DNA of 64,000 bases. Source: Bugula neritina. Taxonomy: Eukaryota; Animalia; Bryozoa. Below the pieces are notes generated by a model. The model saw only the letters and a list, made by a program, of their open reading frames with translations, searched no databases and was not told where the DNA came from. Of the stretch, positions 14,101 through 28,077 are shown piece after piece (position 1 is the stretch's first letter; each line of letters starts with the position of its first letter). The translations under genes were made by a program, and so were the position numbers. The stretch covers positions 10,352,818 through 10,416,817 of the forward strand of contig OZ037772.1 of assembly GCA_964035545.1 (NCBI GenBank). The letters run 5' to 3'.

Positions 14101-17100
14101 TACAATGCTGTGTTTTTGGATCTGATGCTACAATTAAGGAATACAGCATTTATATGTGAACTGCATACACTATACATGTCAAGTTCTTTAAATTTCCTTT
14201 TGGTTTGTTTATTCTATATAACGAGTATTTAGCTTGTATATATAAAAAGCTCCATCTTACTACAAACTGGTATTAAAACATTTTCACTCTTCAAAAAAAT
14301 TACATGGAACATTATATAAACATTTCCTATAATTGTTGTAAAAATAGCACATATTATGTTTGCATTTTTAGTATGCCCTGTTTGCATGACAAATTTGATT
14401 AGTGTAAAAATTAGCATGTTAACAAACTTCATTAAGCATATACAAAACAAACTTCTCCTTGTATATAATAACAGCAAATATACAATATTTATCTTGCCAA
14501 GAAAATATATGCTATATATACAAGAAATTTTGTAAGAAAATGCATAAATTTTATCATAACAAATATTTTTAACAAATAAAACCGTTTCTATAATTGTTAC
14601 TAATCTTTATTTCTATATACCTCTCATGTTTTCCTATAGCCATGATTAGCTTTAAAAATTCAAATTATAATACAGTCATTAAGGCTATAAACACTATTTA
14701 TATCTTTAAGTTATTATCATACTGAAAATGATAAATTACTAATATACTAACATTTATCCTTACATAAATACAAATTATATTACTGTATGTATACCACTAT
14801 ATATTACTATAATACTGAAACTTTTAGTATAGTGTTTATATTATATAGATACTACAACCGCTAACATGCATGAGTATTAATATACTAAAAGTATGTTTTA
14901 TAATCACGACAAATATTGAAATCAAAATTACAAACACTGTAACACTAATACCGATAGAAAATTACTACTTAGTAATTTTTTATTGGTATTAGAGTTATAA
15001 TACTTAGTAAGTACTAACACTATATGATATTACTATCAATTAAACTAATATCACCAGTACTATAGTAACAATTTGTGAATACTCACATTGACTTTATATT
15101 CAAAAGAAAAACTACTACAATCAAACTTTCTATACCTATCCTTCACAGTCGCTAGTGACTGCTTGAATGAAGCCGAATGAGTTGTTATTGTTTACATTCT
15201 GTGTGACTACATACACTGTACAAACAAATAGGTGATAAGAGAAGGTTCTTGTATTCATAATGAATGTGTTTTATGTAGAGCTCCTGTGATTTGCAGTATA
15301 AGATAAATATAATATTATACCACTTGCAACACTTTGAAACAATGCTATACTGAGTATGTGCTAGCTCTTTAAAGATTAGAAGCTATGAATATATTGCAAA
15401 ATGGATTGCCAGTAATTACTATGTATTAGGAGTGTATGATTTTACTTATCTATACTTCAACATGTATTTACTCGTTTTTACATAAAAATTGTCCTTGGGT
15501 TAAGTAATAAATCAAAGATTGAGTTTGTTTACTAAATCGTTAGTTACTGCCTATTGGCTACAAGAAAAGCTTACAGAGATACACAGTGCATTTATAAGAA
15601 AACTCCTATTGTTTTCTGTTTTTGAAGTTGTCTTCGAAATTAATAGACAACAAAAGGTGCTATAAAACAAATTGACAGGGAAAGGTAACTATGTCTGCTA
15701 ATAGTCAATGTGTACCCTCTATTTAAATAAAATATATAAAACAGGCACTTACAATTTAGATTTGCATGCAAATTATTATATAAGCAGTTATAACAATTAG
15801 TTTAGGAAAATATTATCATAATTTTCTGACACAATTGAGGAAATCATGTTGATACATGATTATAAATATTATATCAAATATCATAAAAATAGGATCATAA
15901 ATTATAGTAGAATCTAATGCATTATACATAAGGCTCATTCAAACACAAGTGGTAAGATGGAATAACTAATGTTGCTTATTGTGTGTGTGCGCGCGCGTGT
16001 GTTAGTTGAATTTTGCTCACTCTGTTATCTAACTGTTTTCAAACAGAAACCTTCAAGTTGCTTCATATATTGAATAATTTGAAGAAAGTTTTATTAATAG
16101 CTTCAACAAATCAATATTTGTAATTTTATTTAGCTCAAAGTTACAAATGAAATCAATAAATAATTAAGACATTGATTGAAAACTCTCCCATAATAATGCT
16201 AATATCTAAAAGCTAATGAGTCTAATATGTAAAAGCTTGTCTGAGTTTGAGATTTAACAGTAATTGGAAAACTAAAGATTTTAGATTTATGCAGTTATAC
16301 AAATATCATCATGTGTTTAAAGTAACACTGCACTTGAGATCTCTGCTACACAAAACAAGCGAGGAAGACCTTTAGCAAAATATGCATGTTCCAGGTGCTT
16401 TTAGACACTTGTAAAATATCAATATTTTGTTAGCAATAATAATCAGCAGGTTATTTAGTATAATATCAATCTTTCTAAGTAACGATAGTCAAAGTTCTTA
16501 TAGCTATCTATATTAAAAGTTCAAGTATATTGTATAATTTGTTTTATTCATACTATATATTGCCTGCAAAAATGAATATTACGATTCTACCATTTATAGT
16601 GAGCATAAATTTATGAAACTAAAAATTGAAAAAGTAGAATCACTGAATGGCAATCGGCCAATCAGATCACGGCTTTTCAAAATAATTGTCAGGCATTTTG
16701 ATCACATAGAATTTGCACAAACTAGCTCGATCTTTGACCATAATATATAGCTTAGAGAAGGCTGCTCAAACCAGACTATACATAACAATTATTTGATTAT
16801 GTCTGCTAATTTATAGACTGAGGTCAACCATAGGTAACATGACACTTTATTAGTTAATGCAAGTTCTTTCTCAGGCTGATTATGTAACATGCATTGTAGG
16901 TAATATATTATTGGAAGATCAATCACCTATATAATAAGTACTGCACGACTGTATTATATATTACCTATTATGAAATGATAAATTATATAAAGATGACAGT
17001 TAGTTGGTTGAGTCAGCTAAAGGTCACGACATGCACTTATTTGTTGAGATGCCGCCAGTTCTCAAAAATTCCATGTATATCATTTGTAATACATCGCAAG

Positions 17101-20100
17101 TCATTATATATAATACTAATATAATACAATATATTATTATTACAGGCTCTACTCATCAAAATGCAGTCTGTTATGTGTAACACATCGTTACTAAAATAGT
17201 GTATAGTATATAATGCATATTCAAGCATTAATATTTATAATAAATTTAAATTACCTGTAGATAACATATAGTAATATAAGTTAAACATTATATAGCTTTA
17301 TATGCGGATAGTGACAAAGTATTATCATTTTACTGTATATATTTTTATGGGCATGGCAAAAAGGTAATATCATATGACTCTTATATGAATGTAGCTTAAA
17401 ATGATAGTATTATGTCTACTGTATATGCCATTATTATAGTACATTATAATTCTATGCATGTAATAATGTAGTAGTGTTATATGACTGCATATAATCCTTA
17501 TATGTATATATAGTATAGTAATATTATATGACTGTTATACAGCTTCACATCAATCAACAAGCTAAACTGCGACGGGCTGTAAAGCTGAACTTGGTGTTGC
17601 TGATAATTACCCTGTTGCATGCAAACATATTTTTTGCTGTGATTTCTTTATTGATTTATTGAATTTTCTGTTTGCTCCCTTAGGAGTCACGTTTCTTGAT
17701 GTCTGCCTGAATAATGCCTCTGGTTTGATAATTGCATTGAGTTACATGAATTATTAGCAGTTTATAATGGATATTACATAATGAGCAAGCACTTTTGGTC
17801 TTGATAAAAGCACAAACCTCTTAAGAACCTCAATAATTTAAAATTTTAATTTCTATTCAGTTATAACTAATGTTATGATGTAAGAAACGAAAAGATGTGT
17901 TTTTATATTTTCTCTGTATGTTTTACACATGCTTATATAGTTTTTTACTTTTATATACAATTCAATGTGGTTCTAGAAAATTATAAAAACTGGCACATAT
18001 ATATTATATATGAAATGTGCGTAAACGTATGCTTATAGCTTTGGGATTATATTATAATCTATAAATTTTTTACCCCTGCAAATGCTTTTATATATGTTTG
18101 TACACGTTGTATACTTGAACTGTAAAATACTATTGTATATATTATCTGCGGTGTATAACATAGCCACTGCCTTCTAGAACAAGCTGCTACGTGTAAACAA
18201 TTGAACTCTACGCTGCCGTTATATAGGTAGTACTAACAAGCATGCACTTTAGACATCAAGCTAAAGTCTATAACTTAAATAAACTGAATAAAATATCAAT
18301 ATAAACAATACTATTAGTTTTAAAAAACTGGTATATTAAAAACCTATAACTATTTAGAATTGATATTGGGTTAAAGATTATATTGTTTAGAATGTTAATT
18401 TTGATTTGATCCAAAAGGTTTGGGTAAACTTGTTTTTAAAACAAAACATAAATTTTAGAATTAAATTAGGAAGCAATTAGGCTAGAAGCAAACATTGATA
18501 TTTGCACTTAATAACATAGTTCTATCAGTAGCCTACTCAGATTATAATATTTATTGAAACATCAAGGCTGCAAGATTGCATACATTCTACTTTGCAAAGC
18601 CTTCCAATATGCAGTAAGCTTTTTCTGGAAGATAACCAAATATAGCATATCGTTTAGTTGAGTCAAACAAAATAATGAGGGTACCAATAAGTTAACACAT
18701 ATCATGATGCCTGTGTGTGTAGCTGCAGAATTCACTCTCTTATAGTATGTATTGTGCTAAAATCTATGACAAGTATGCAATAATAACCATACATTTGTTG
18801 GCAATAATTCAAACTAACTATAATAAGTATACAAGTATGATCATGGAATGATTATGCAGAGTTGAGAGTTTCATAGCTGATCGGTTAAAGTACTGTAATA
18901 GCAGTTGTGAGTTATAATAGTCATGTTACAGTTATGTTTGAGTATGTCAGTGTTTGAGTACCGGAGTGATGTGTGTTTGTGAGTGAGTGAGTGAGTGATT
19001 CAGTGTCAGAGTGTGTGAGTGAGTGATTTAGTGTCAGAGTGTGTGAGTGAGTGAGTGAGTGAGTGTGTGAGTGAGTGAGCGAGTGAGTGTGTGAGTGAGT
19101 GAGTGAGTGAGTGAGTGAGTGAGTGAGTGAGTGAGTGAGTGTGTGAGTGAGTGAGTGTTTGAGTGTGAATGAATGAGTGAGTGTGTGAGTGAGTGAATGA
19201 GTGAGTGTGTGAGTGAGTGGGTGAGTGAATGAGTGTGTGTGTGAGTGAGTGTGTGAGTGTGTGAGTGAGTGAGTGAGTGAGTGTGTGAGTGAGTGAGTGA
19301 GTGAGTGAGGGAGTGAGTGAGTGAGTGAGTATGCCTGTGTGAGTGTGTTAGTTTGTGTGTGTGTGTATTTGTTTGTTTGCGTTAGTGATAAAGTAGACCC
19401 CATATTGACATGTCTAAACATTATGTATTTGCCTGAGGTAAATCAGCATTGCTTCCCATAAAGAAACAATAAAATAGAAACTTATAAAGTTATGAAAGGA
19501 TCTTGAAAAATTGAGAACAAGATGAGGAATAATAGATGCAAAAGTGAAATGAAGAGGGACAAGCAAAGAAATGAGAACTAGGAAAATAAAGGTGGATAAA
19601 GTTTAAGTTGTTAAGGAAGGAAAAGGTGGTTGAAGTGAAAATAGGTGAAGGAGTTGAAAAAAAGAAAAAAGAAAAAGGACTCGTGAAGAAAATTGGAGTA
19701 TATGGAAGATGGAGGGTAGATAGAAAGAAGAGAGAAGTGGAAAAAGGAAAATTAGAAAATTGGAGAGAAAAAAGAAATAATGATGTATAGCAAATAAAGT
19801 ATAGAGAAAAACTTAAAAAAGAAGAAAAAAGGACAAAGGAACTTTTATATTAACAAAGGAATTAGTTTCAAAAGTTTGACAGAAGTCATGCATGCAGTCA
19901 GCTCTCTTGTGATGTTCAACGAAATTACAATGAACTATATTCTATAGATTTGTGAGTACAGCACCTTATAAAGTCCTTCTAATTACAGCTTCAATCTACC
20001 AAAGTTTAGAGAATGCAAGGTTTTGCCCTGTAAAGCACCATTATAGATGGAAGCAGCTGTAGTTCAACTTCCCTGGTAATAATTGGTAATTATTGAATAA

Positions 20101-23100
20101 TCAGCCTAGTAAGGCAGATGTTGTCATGGTAAGCTTAGATAACAATCTAATAATCTGAATACTGTAGTTTGAATTATTCTATAAGTAGCTGCAAGTTGGG
20201 GGTCACTGAGTGCAGTAGTTTAGGATTGGGGCTTTAGGTTAGAACTTTGAACCCTCAACTGGGACTGCTATGTAATACACTCAGTGAGTTCATGTAGCTT
20301 AGTTTAACGTTTTTATAGCTTTGGGTACTTGCACACTGCTTAAGTACTTGGGTCTTGTGTTTGTATATAACCTTGACTAACTACTAACATTCTGCCTTAT
20401 AGATAGCTATAATATCCACATATATTTACATTATTATAAAAAGGATATGCTACCAAAGAAACTAAACTCGTAACTACAATTACAATACAGAACTATCCAA
20501 CTGGCTAAAGTTAAACTTAAAAGAGAAGAACGGTGAATATAGCTGCCTACCATAAACTATTTGCTCCAAGCTCCATGAACATAATTTCTGCTATATATAA
20601 CCTCCATTTCTTTTGAATATTATATATACTATTTGATTTTTTTGACATATTATTGGCAAACAAATAAATGGTTGAAACTCTAAAATGAAAATGTTTTTAG
20701 CTTGTGCTTGCAATCTCGGAGAAACCGTAACTGAGAATTATATCTTTCACCTCGTAACTCACTTCGGTTAACAAAATGTTTTGTAGAAAAAGCACCCAAT
20801 GCAGCAAAAAATGTGAATCCGAAAGCCTTCTATTACTTCTATGTAAACAAAATACAAAAAATAGTAATTGGAAAGCTAAAGGTTCTCAAAATTTAGAATT
20901 GAGTCCATAAATATGCTACCAAGGATCAACAACCAAAATTTCAAATCACTTTTAGCTATAATATTAATAATATTAGAGTTTCTTCTTGACAATAATGTTA
21001 CAGCTAATAGAGTCATATGCTATAGTGCTGTTACATAAGGATGCATGAATTTTTTTGAAACTTCTTATTGAAATTATTCAACTGCATACGAAACAAATTG
21101 ATCTAAATATTAGTTGGCTAAGCATATTTAAAATACTAGGCGCTACTTACTAGAAATCCAGTGAAAGAGACTTATAGCTGTGAGGGTGGAAGAGCACCAG
21201 ACTAGGCAGTAAGAAAACAACCCAAACTGATACCAGCAAATGCAAAACTAGGAATGTATAGGAACGTGCTGCTGCATTATGTTCAACAAGACTTCTAATG
21301 CCAGATCATTGACTACCAGATCTGCCAACTTTCATCAAAACAGTAACGATGTTGTGAGCTAAACAGACTTGCCAATACTTTAAGAATTGCTAGCCTGCTG
21401 GGGGCTGCCTTATAACTTCTCAAACTTTCCAATATTATTAGACCAAAGTTTTTACAGATTGAATGTTAATTAGAGGGAGTTTGTCAACAACTTTCCATAT
21501 GCTATTCATGTTATTTATACAACTAATCCTTCTGCTAAAGTGCAAGCACTATCACATAGAGCAATAACAAGTTTGAGGAGATTGTAACTCATATAAACCT
21601 ACTCTGTCATGTAGACACCTTAATACCCTGTCACTCTGACACTCTATAACGCCCAGTGCCCGTCACTCTGAAACTTAAAAAAACTGACACCTCACCACAT
21701 TCTGAAACTTTGCTGCTTTATTTACTCTGACAGTTTGTGCTCAGTACCTTGACACTTTGACACCTATGGTCCTCAGTGCCCTGACACTTTGACACCTATA
21801 GTGCTCAGTGCCCTGACACTTTGACACCTATAGTGCTTAGTGCCCTGACATTTTGACACCTATAGTCCTCAGTGCCCTGACATTTTGACACCTATAGTGC
21901 TCAGTGCCCTGACACTTTGACACCTATAGTGCTCAGTGCCCTGAAACTTTGACACTTATAGTGCTCAGTGCCCTGACTTTTTGACACTTGACGCTCAGCA
22001 CCCTGCTACCTTAACACCATGTCATGCTGATACTTATTAGTGTAAAGTATTTGCTACTTAATCACAATACTTTTTGTGATTACTAAATTTGAAATAATTT
22101 CACTACTTGAATTATATTTTCAAAATAAAAACTAGCATGGTGCTTATATACGTACCTAATTCCTGAAGTGCTCACAATTTTACTGGTTTAAAATATGCAG
22201 CTTTTATAAGAATTGCATTATTAAATAAAAGAACCAAAGGCTAAGCAGTCTTGGGACCTACACTTCGACACTGTTGCACCGCAATCAACTCACGTATTAA
22301 CGGCAACTTATTAAATACTAACTGGGAGGCTGAATGAATCCAACATGCTTTGACAACTTTTCAAACAGGCCGTGTCTCTGCTTATACAAGTCGTCATCTG
22401 AGTCATCATTCAGGAGTGCGGAGTTGTCCTCTCCCAGCTCCTCGTCACTCGAGGTGGAGAGGCTCGACAGCTTCCTGGACGTAACGTGCTGCCGCACAAC
22501 CCTTAAGGCTCCGCTGTTAACCAGCTTTGAGTCTTCTAGTGCCGTCTTCTGGTACCTTGAAAGAAGTTGTAATAATAGAGATTAACTTAAGGGAATACTA
22601 ATAAAGAGACGATAACTTCAAATAGTTGATTAATAAAGAGATGATAACTTCAGATAGATTATTAATAAAGAGGTGATAACTTCAAATAGATGACTAATAA
22701 AGGGATGATAACTTCAAATAGATGACTAATAAAGGGATGACAACTTTAAATAGAATATTAATAAAGTACTGTACTAAAGGGATAATAAATCCAAATATAT
22801 GACTAATAAATATCATAATAAAATAATGATAAAAACAAATAAAGGACTAATAAATGTATAAAATCAGTAATGATATGCTTGACTTTTGAAAAGTCCTGAC
22901 TTATACAACTTCTCATTCAATATCTTAAAAAATTCAAATAGCGTTTGAACTTACATTAACCTGCAGGTGCTTGTCACAGAAAAACTAATCTTAGCTCTAT
23001 CATATACTCACCAGTTCAGAGAGTACTTTTTTCTGATGATAAGTAAAAGTGCGACAACTCCAAGAAAGGCTAGTATTACTCCCACAGCTATTATTGCTAA

Positions 23101-23115
23101 GCTGACAGGTTGCAT
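5136..23115 (-). CDS. Synaptotagmin-family protein (N-terminal TM, linker, C2A, C2B), ~532 aa, probably Ca2+-independent
   Basis: Exons 23012-23115 (MQPVSLAIIAVGVILAFLGVVALLLIIRKK, TM), 22323-22555, 13978-14127, 9308-9516, 8394-8526 (alternative in-frame acceptor gives 8559), 7580-7723, 6956-7128, 6519-6639, 5673-5863, 5136-5276. Motifs: HPVFEESF, YDYDQF, polybasic KKLKKKRT, NPLFNQ, AEHW and terminal WWHQL, all typical of synaptotagmins. Linkage of the N-terminal exons is inferred from phase consistency. Confidence 0.88.
5955..6290 (-). mobile_element. tRNA-derived SINE family B, dimeric (two tRNA-like heads with a G-rich middle)
   Basis: Two GTGGTGCAATGGTAGC heads on the minus strand (ending ~6032 and ~6284); similar to 49672-49770 and to the opposite-strand copy at 7240-7570. 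Confidence 0.6.
7240..7570 (+). mobile_element. Degenerate copy of dimeric SINE family B
   Basis: Two GCTAGCTTGC(G/A)A(G/C)CC(A/G)GA anticodon-arm remnants (~7292 and ~7518) separated by a GA-rich middle resembling the reverse complement of 6030-6190. Confidence 0.45.
8563..9011. mobile_element. Non-autonomous DNA transposon (MITE) with 17-bp perfect terminal inverted repeats
   Basis: AAGTTGCGTTTATACCT at 8563-8579 and its exact reverse complement AGGTATAAACGCAACTT at 8995-9011. Ends overlap TAAA/TTAA, suggesting a TTAA target. Interior is more CpG-rich than the flanks. Confidence 0.75.
9800..10039. mobile_element. Foldback/MITE-like element with repeated GGTAAAAATGGCAC-type subterminal units
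   Basis: Left arm has ggtaaaaatgacac / aatggcacaggtaataagggcac / aaaaaatggcac; right arm has gtgccaattttacc x3 and gccatttttacc; centre has degenerate AACCCT-like units. Confidence 0.6.
10893..11318 (+). repeat. ~430-bp direct duplication, copy 1 (intronic)
   Basis: Highly similar to 12922-13345, from tgagtcagtttacttcatttagtacaca to aagtaaaatgaccca; contains hairpin GACCGTTACG-N6-CGTAACGGTC at 11095-11120. Confidence 0.9.
11897..12110 (+). mobile_element. tRNA-derived SINE family A, full-length
   Basis: A-box GTGGTCTAGGGG, B-box GGTTCGAACC, core CATTGGTGATGTTAGGAA, tail TTTCTCACAGGGATGG..ACTTTCGTGAGTTTTT; at least 8 copies in the window. Confidence 0.85.
12922..13345 (+). repeat. ~430-bp direct duplication, copy 2
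   Basis: Matches 10893-11318; hairpin GACCGTTACGG-AAAAA-CCGTAACGGTC at 13121-13147. Confidence 0.9.
18975..19365. repeat. (GAGT)n/(GT)n microsatellite
   Basis: Direct observation; accounts for the spurious THSL-repeat ORF. Confidence 0.95.
21737..22005. repeat. 32-bp minisatellite, ~8 copies
   Basis: Unit GTGCTCAGTGCCCTGACACTTTGACACCTATA, head-to-tail with no spacers. Confidence 0.92.
22597..22812. repeat. 32-bp AT-rich minisatellite, ~6 copies
   Basis: Unit ~TAATAAAG(A/G)GATGATAACTTCAAATAGATGAC, in the intron just upstream of exon 22323-22555. Confidence 0.85.
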
Positions 23116-26100
23116 GTTTCCTGCATAGCCTTAGAACATCATCTTGTTGCACCTGTGAGTAGACAGGAGTTGTATGACCCTATTATATTTACTCATACCT
23201 TTAGTTTTCAATCACCAAGTATCTTTTACAATATATTAAAAATGCAACATCATTGTCTTTAATTTTGAAATTAAATGCAATTTAATTAAGCAACTGACAG
23301 ATTTCAATATATAATACATAATCATGATTATGTACTTTTAGTCATAGTTACAGCAACAGTAATTTAATTCACAGTTATTGTAGTCTGTGACTATATGACT
23401 ACTTAACTATAATAGTTGGTAGTCATGGTTACCAATGCTGCCAGTAACATCTCAAAGCTGCCTATAAGTGTACCTACTAGCATGTAATAGTGAGTAAGCA
23501 ACTCCAATTATGTAATTTTCAAAAAGAGAAAGTATATTTACAACTTATAAGCATTATAATTCTTATAAATCTCTTTCTTCCATCCACCTGCTGGTACAAC
23601 TACGCAGGTAAACTCAATACATTAGAATACTCAAAACTAATCAATAGTATTTAATTAAGTCCTGCAAGCTTATATAAATACATATAGATTGCTCTATTAG
23701 GCTTGCTCAAAATTACAGACTACACATAGAAAAACAAAACTGAAATCAATTACTTTGTTTTCCATTCAACAAAATTTAATTGTTTCCTTTAGGCATTAAA
23801 TGCTTTTAGTCTAGGATCTATAATTGCTCAACTAAGACTGCATATAAATAATTGTTAAGATTCGGTTGGAGTAAGGATAAGGTCTGAGGCTAGCTCTTTA
23901 ATCAATACCTATTAATGAGAGACTCCGATATTTACTTATCTATTACGCAATGTTTTTCTATATACATGGTAATTATCACTCACAATGTTTTTATAAACAA
24001 GATTTCTTTTATCCCATGGCAGCTTAGCGCTAAGGCTATCTAATTTATTCTTAATAGTCTCAGTGCCGATTTAAGCTGACAGCTATAATTAAGGATGCCT
24101 TTGGTGAACCCCCACCATGGTTTAACAGTACATGAATTTGAAGTTATAATATTTCAAGGTTTTAATGCAAAAAATGCAAAAAATCAATGTAGTAGATAAA
24201 ACTATATTATTATACCAGCTTATGATATATGGTGGTAATTTTTTATTGTTTTAAACTAAATTTTATGCACAATGAAATGATGTAAATTTATAGTTATATA
24301 TTAGATAACACATACTATAACATCTAATCCCAAAAAGTTATAACATGTATATAGTTGCACCACAGTGTTTAGAATTGTGTAAAGAAAAACCATTTATAGC
24401 AAAAATAAAGTTGTTTAAACAATGTTACATGATTTCCATCAAGCTACAAATGATGTTATGTCATTTATTATATCTGGCATTTTTCTTCTGAGATATATAC
24501 TGGAGGAAAAAAAAAACTTCAGAGTTATTCATTCTGTGACATGAAAAGTAATCAGATATAATTATGTTTCAATTTTGAATAATTAAACTGCACTTGAAAC
24601 AATAATCAAGAGTCATGAATCGCTTCACAGATCCTTACCAGATTGCTGCAGGCAAAACCTGACGCAATGCGACATCTATTATTACACTAATTTCACTAAT
24701 TTAATGCCAGAGCACCTATTATGTGCTCTGTAAAGTTTGGAACACTTATTCTATGATCTGCTTTTTGTAATGCCAAAGTTCTTATATAGCTTCAAGCTTT
24801 GTATATAAACGATAGAAAGATCTTCAGATAAGTTTTTAGAATGACGTACTAAAAATCATAACTAACTTCACAAAATGTATCTCATATATTAAATTATTTT
24901 GCCTTTTTATATTAATGAAAACTTTAATACAATCATATTTATGCTGTTAAATACAGCAGCAAATACTGAATCAGGTCAAAATATTGCATTTTTATTTGCT
25001 CATGCATCATTTGCTTGTGGAAATGATAACTAAAGATGCAAAATATTATACTATCATTTTGAAATGTATATTCACTCCTATTTATCATAGTTTTATTATA
25101 GTATAATAAAATTAAGTATTTTTGCATTTATACTAAATAAAATTGGCAATAAAAAATTATAGATTACTGTTATACATATAAAGTTTTTTTTCAAAATTTT
25201 AACTTTTTAACTTACAAAATATAATATACCATCATGAAAGCAAGATTTCATGCTAGTTGCACTATTTGTGATAATACTTCTATTGCAAATGTAAAAAATT
25301 TAAATGTATTGTTATATTTGCATATAATTTCATCTTACTTTATATATATTATGCATATCCTACTTACTTAAGTTAAGCAGTTGAGTGAATGCACACTAAA
25401 ATACAGTGTCTGATATTGAAATATACAATATATGAGCAGAATTCACTAATATATAGCAAAGTCTTTGAACATTTACCTGCCTAGCATGAGAAAGTCTTCT
25501 ACATCAAACTACCCTCCTGCTTGGCTATAGACGCTGCCTTTAATCTGCGTCAGCAGGTCGTCAGCAAGCAGCTGGAACAAAATAATTATAGTACTTTGTA
25601 ACTATGCACGTGTTGTATGCAATTACTAGTGACACAAGCACATGCAACAACCTGCCACAGCATGTATAATAAATGCCACTTTTTCAATAGCCATCAATAT
25701 AATACTAGCCAAAACAGTAGTTATAGTAGCTTTGAGCTATTATGATTTTCAAAGTCATAAATAATCTATGCAACTTTTATGCGTGCGGTGAAGCTGAATG
25801 TACTGCAGTTGGGAATCATTAGAGAAATATCAGTTTTACCTACAAGCAGACTTTTAATAGGAATACTTGACCTTTCTAATGTAGTTAAACTCGGCCAGAG
25901 TATGCTAACTGGAGTTGTCTGCACACGTGACTATACATGGCTATATATACATATAATATAATCTACAAACCTATACACTTACATATATACACATAATGCA
26001 TATACATGCAGTTCTTATTTTACTTTTTTATTTTGATTACACTCAAAGCTCGAATGCAAATGATTTAGTCTCAAATGATTCACACGCCCCTAACAAAATA

Positions 26101-27934
26101 CAGCTCTACATTTTTTCATCATAATCCATAAACTTCAATATAGATTCTAAATACCATATAATTACACAGTATATATAAGTTATAAAAATGATATAAACAA
26201 ATGAACGATTTCAAAGTTAAACAACATTGTGCAGCTACTAAAACCTTATCTACATGTTGTTATTAACTATACCGAATATTATGTATTATTATAGCCAGTC
26301 CTCGACACTCAGTTAATATTAGCTGTCGATGTTACATAAATTATAATATACAATTTAGAGCTAAAAGTTATCTACCATGCAGCACGTTATTGTATATATA
26401 TGCCTATCTTTAACCTAATGACAGCAATACCGCATATCATGCTGCAATAAATTGTAAGTTACATGGGACTTTACGCCATATCTCACCACAAACTAATCTA
26501 ATATATGCAACAGCTATAATATTCATTTGATGGAAAACGAGCTAAACTAAAGTCTTTTATTTACATAAGTTTATATCAGTCAATTTAATAACATACTTTT
26601 ATATCACCGTTACTCAATGAATCTTTAAATATATTCAATAGCAGTATATGGTTTTTCTATCAAAAATTAACTCTATATATATAGAGAAGAGCTTTATTTA
26701 GAAGAAACTACTATAATGCTTAAAGATTTAAAGCAAGGCCACAGTACACTCATGTAAATGTCATGAGAAGATAACAGGAGTAATTGTGAATGACCTCACC
26801 ACATTTACATCATTATATTAAAGATTGTGACATATCACCAAGAGTATGTTTCGTTGAACAAAATACTTGTTCTGAGACAATAAAAAAATCATTAAAATAA
26901 CACTCTGTTTGTAATTTAAAAAATTAATTTCAGAAATAATAAATGCTTATCGCTTAGGAATTTAAATTTTTGCAATTTATATAAGTTAGTGTAACTAAAT
27001 TTGTATTTAAAATACGTACAATAAAAAATGGGTCGTCATTAAAATTAAAGCTTTGGGCAAAATGCAACCAGCTTTGCACTGTTTGGAAATTGATTGAATT
27101 TTTTTAGACCTATAAATAACAAAGACAATAAATAATAAGGGGCCAATGCTGATAATGCTTGCTTGTGAGTAAAAAATTAAGAATAATTAGATTTTTATAC
27201 ATGTTATTTACATTATCGGAAGCCTGAGGAGTAAACAATTTAAAGCAGTTCTTTGTTATGATTTATCCTCGTGCATGATCTACTTAACGTTTTCTATTCT
27301 GATAGTAGAAATATGCTCATCATGCAGACAAATGAATGACTAAGGATTGAAATCCATGCGTGAGTTTGAATTATAAGCTGCTTTATCTCATTTGGTATGT
27401 GTACAGCATTAAATACATAAAATACTCAATGCAAATATTTAAAAGAAGATTAGAGCTCTTTTTTCTCTAGTGAATACAAAAAGCCGCAGTTTTTATAAAG
27501 AAAGCCACAGAAAATTTTGTAGATTAGCAACTTATAGCTTATACTAGGCCTAAAGATGTGTAAAGTTTGTTCAAAGATGCTTTTTGTAATTTTGAGGAAC
27601 TTTAAACCTTGTTTATAGTCTAATAAAATTCAAAATAGATGCTACATTGTTAAAGCTTTAAACCTCCCTAACTATTTAAAAGTTTTAATACGCACTGCTT
27701 GGATAATTTGAGATTCCAAGTAAATGATAACCAGTATATGCTATGCAAGCATTTACCCTTTTTTGTAGTCGTTTGTCTTATCAATAGCTTGATAATATAT
27801 ATTTAGTGAAACATTTATAGCTAAATATAATATTGATTTTGATGATTATTGTATAAATAGTTTTGCTGGTATGTTTTCACAGCTATCAAATAAACAATCA
27901 ATTAGTTGCTATTTACTAGCTTTTGCTGCAATTT

Positions 27935-28077
27935 GTAAAGAGTGTGTAAAGGGTGTATAAAGAGTGTGCAAAGGCACTGTAAAGAGTGTGTAAAGGGTGT
28001 GTAAAGAGTGTGTAGAGAGTGTGTAGAAATGAGTGTGTAAAGGGTGTGTAATGAGTGTGTAAAAACTGTGTGTAAAG
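27935..28077. repeat. 11-bp tandem repeat (AAAG(A/G)GTGTGT)
   Basis: Direct observation; produces the low-complexity ORFs at 27902-28165. Confidence 0.8.

Noticed and set aside
17611-17706. Possible extra synaptotagmin exon (CAG|GCAGAC...ACAGG|GTAATT)
   Set aside because: Has a stop in the phase-1 frame required by the flanking exons and is open only in phase 2; unsupported.
18921-19421. 166-aa His/Thr/Ser/Leu-rich ORF
   Set aside because: Translation of a (GAGT)n microsatellite.
19490-19860. Lys/Glu-rich ORF 19608-19790
   Set aside because: Purine-rich low-complexity intronic tract with no splice or homology support.
21737-22005. 32-bp repeats of CRISPR-like length
   Set aside because: Head-to-tail with no unique spacers, no cas genes, eukaryotic intron: a minisatellite.
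22334-22585. Plus-strand Ser-rich ORF (likewise 6970-7224, 36313-36531, 59781-59969, 60458-60670)
   Set aside because: Antisense shadows of real minus-strand exons.
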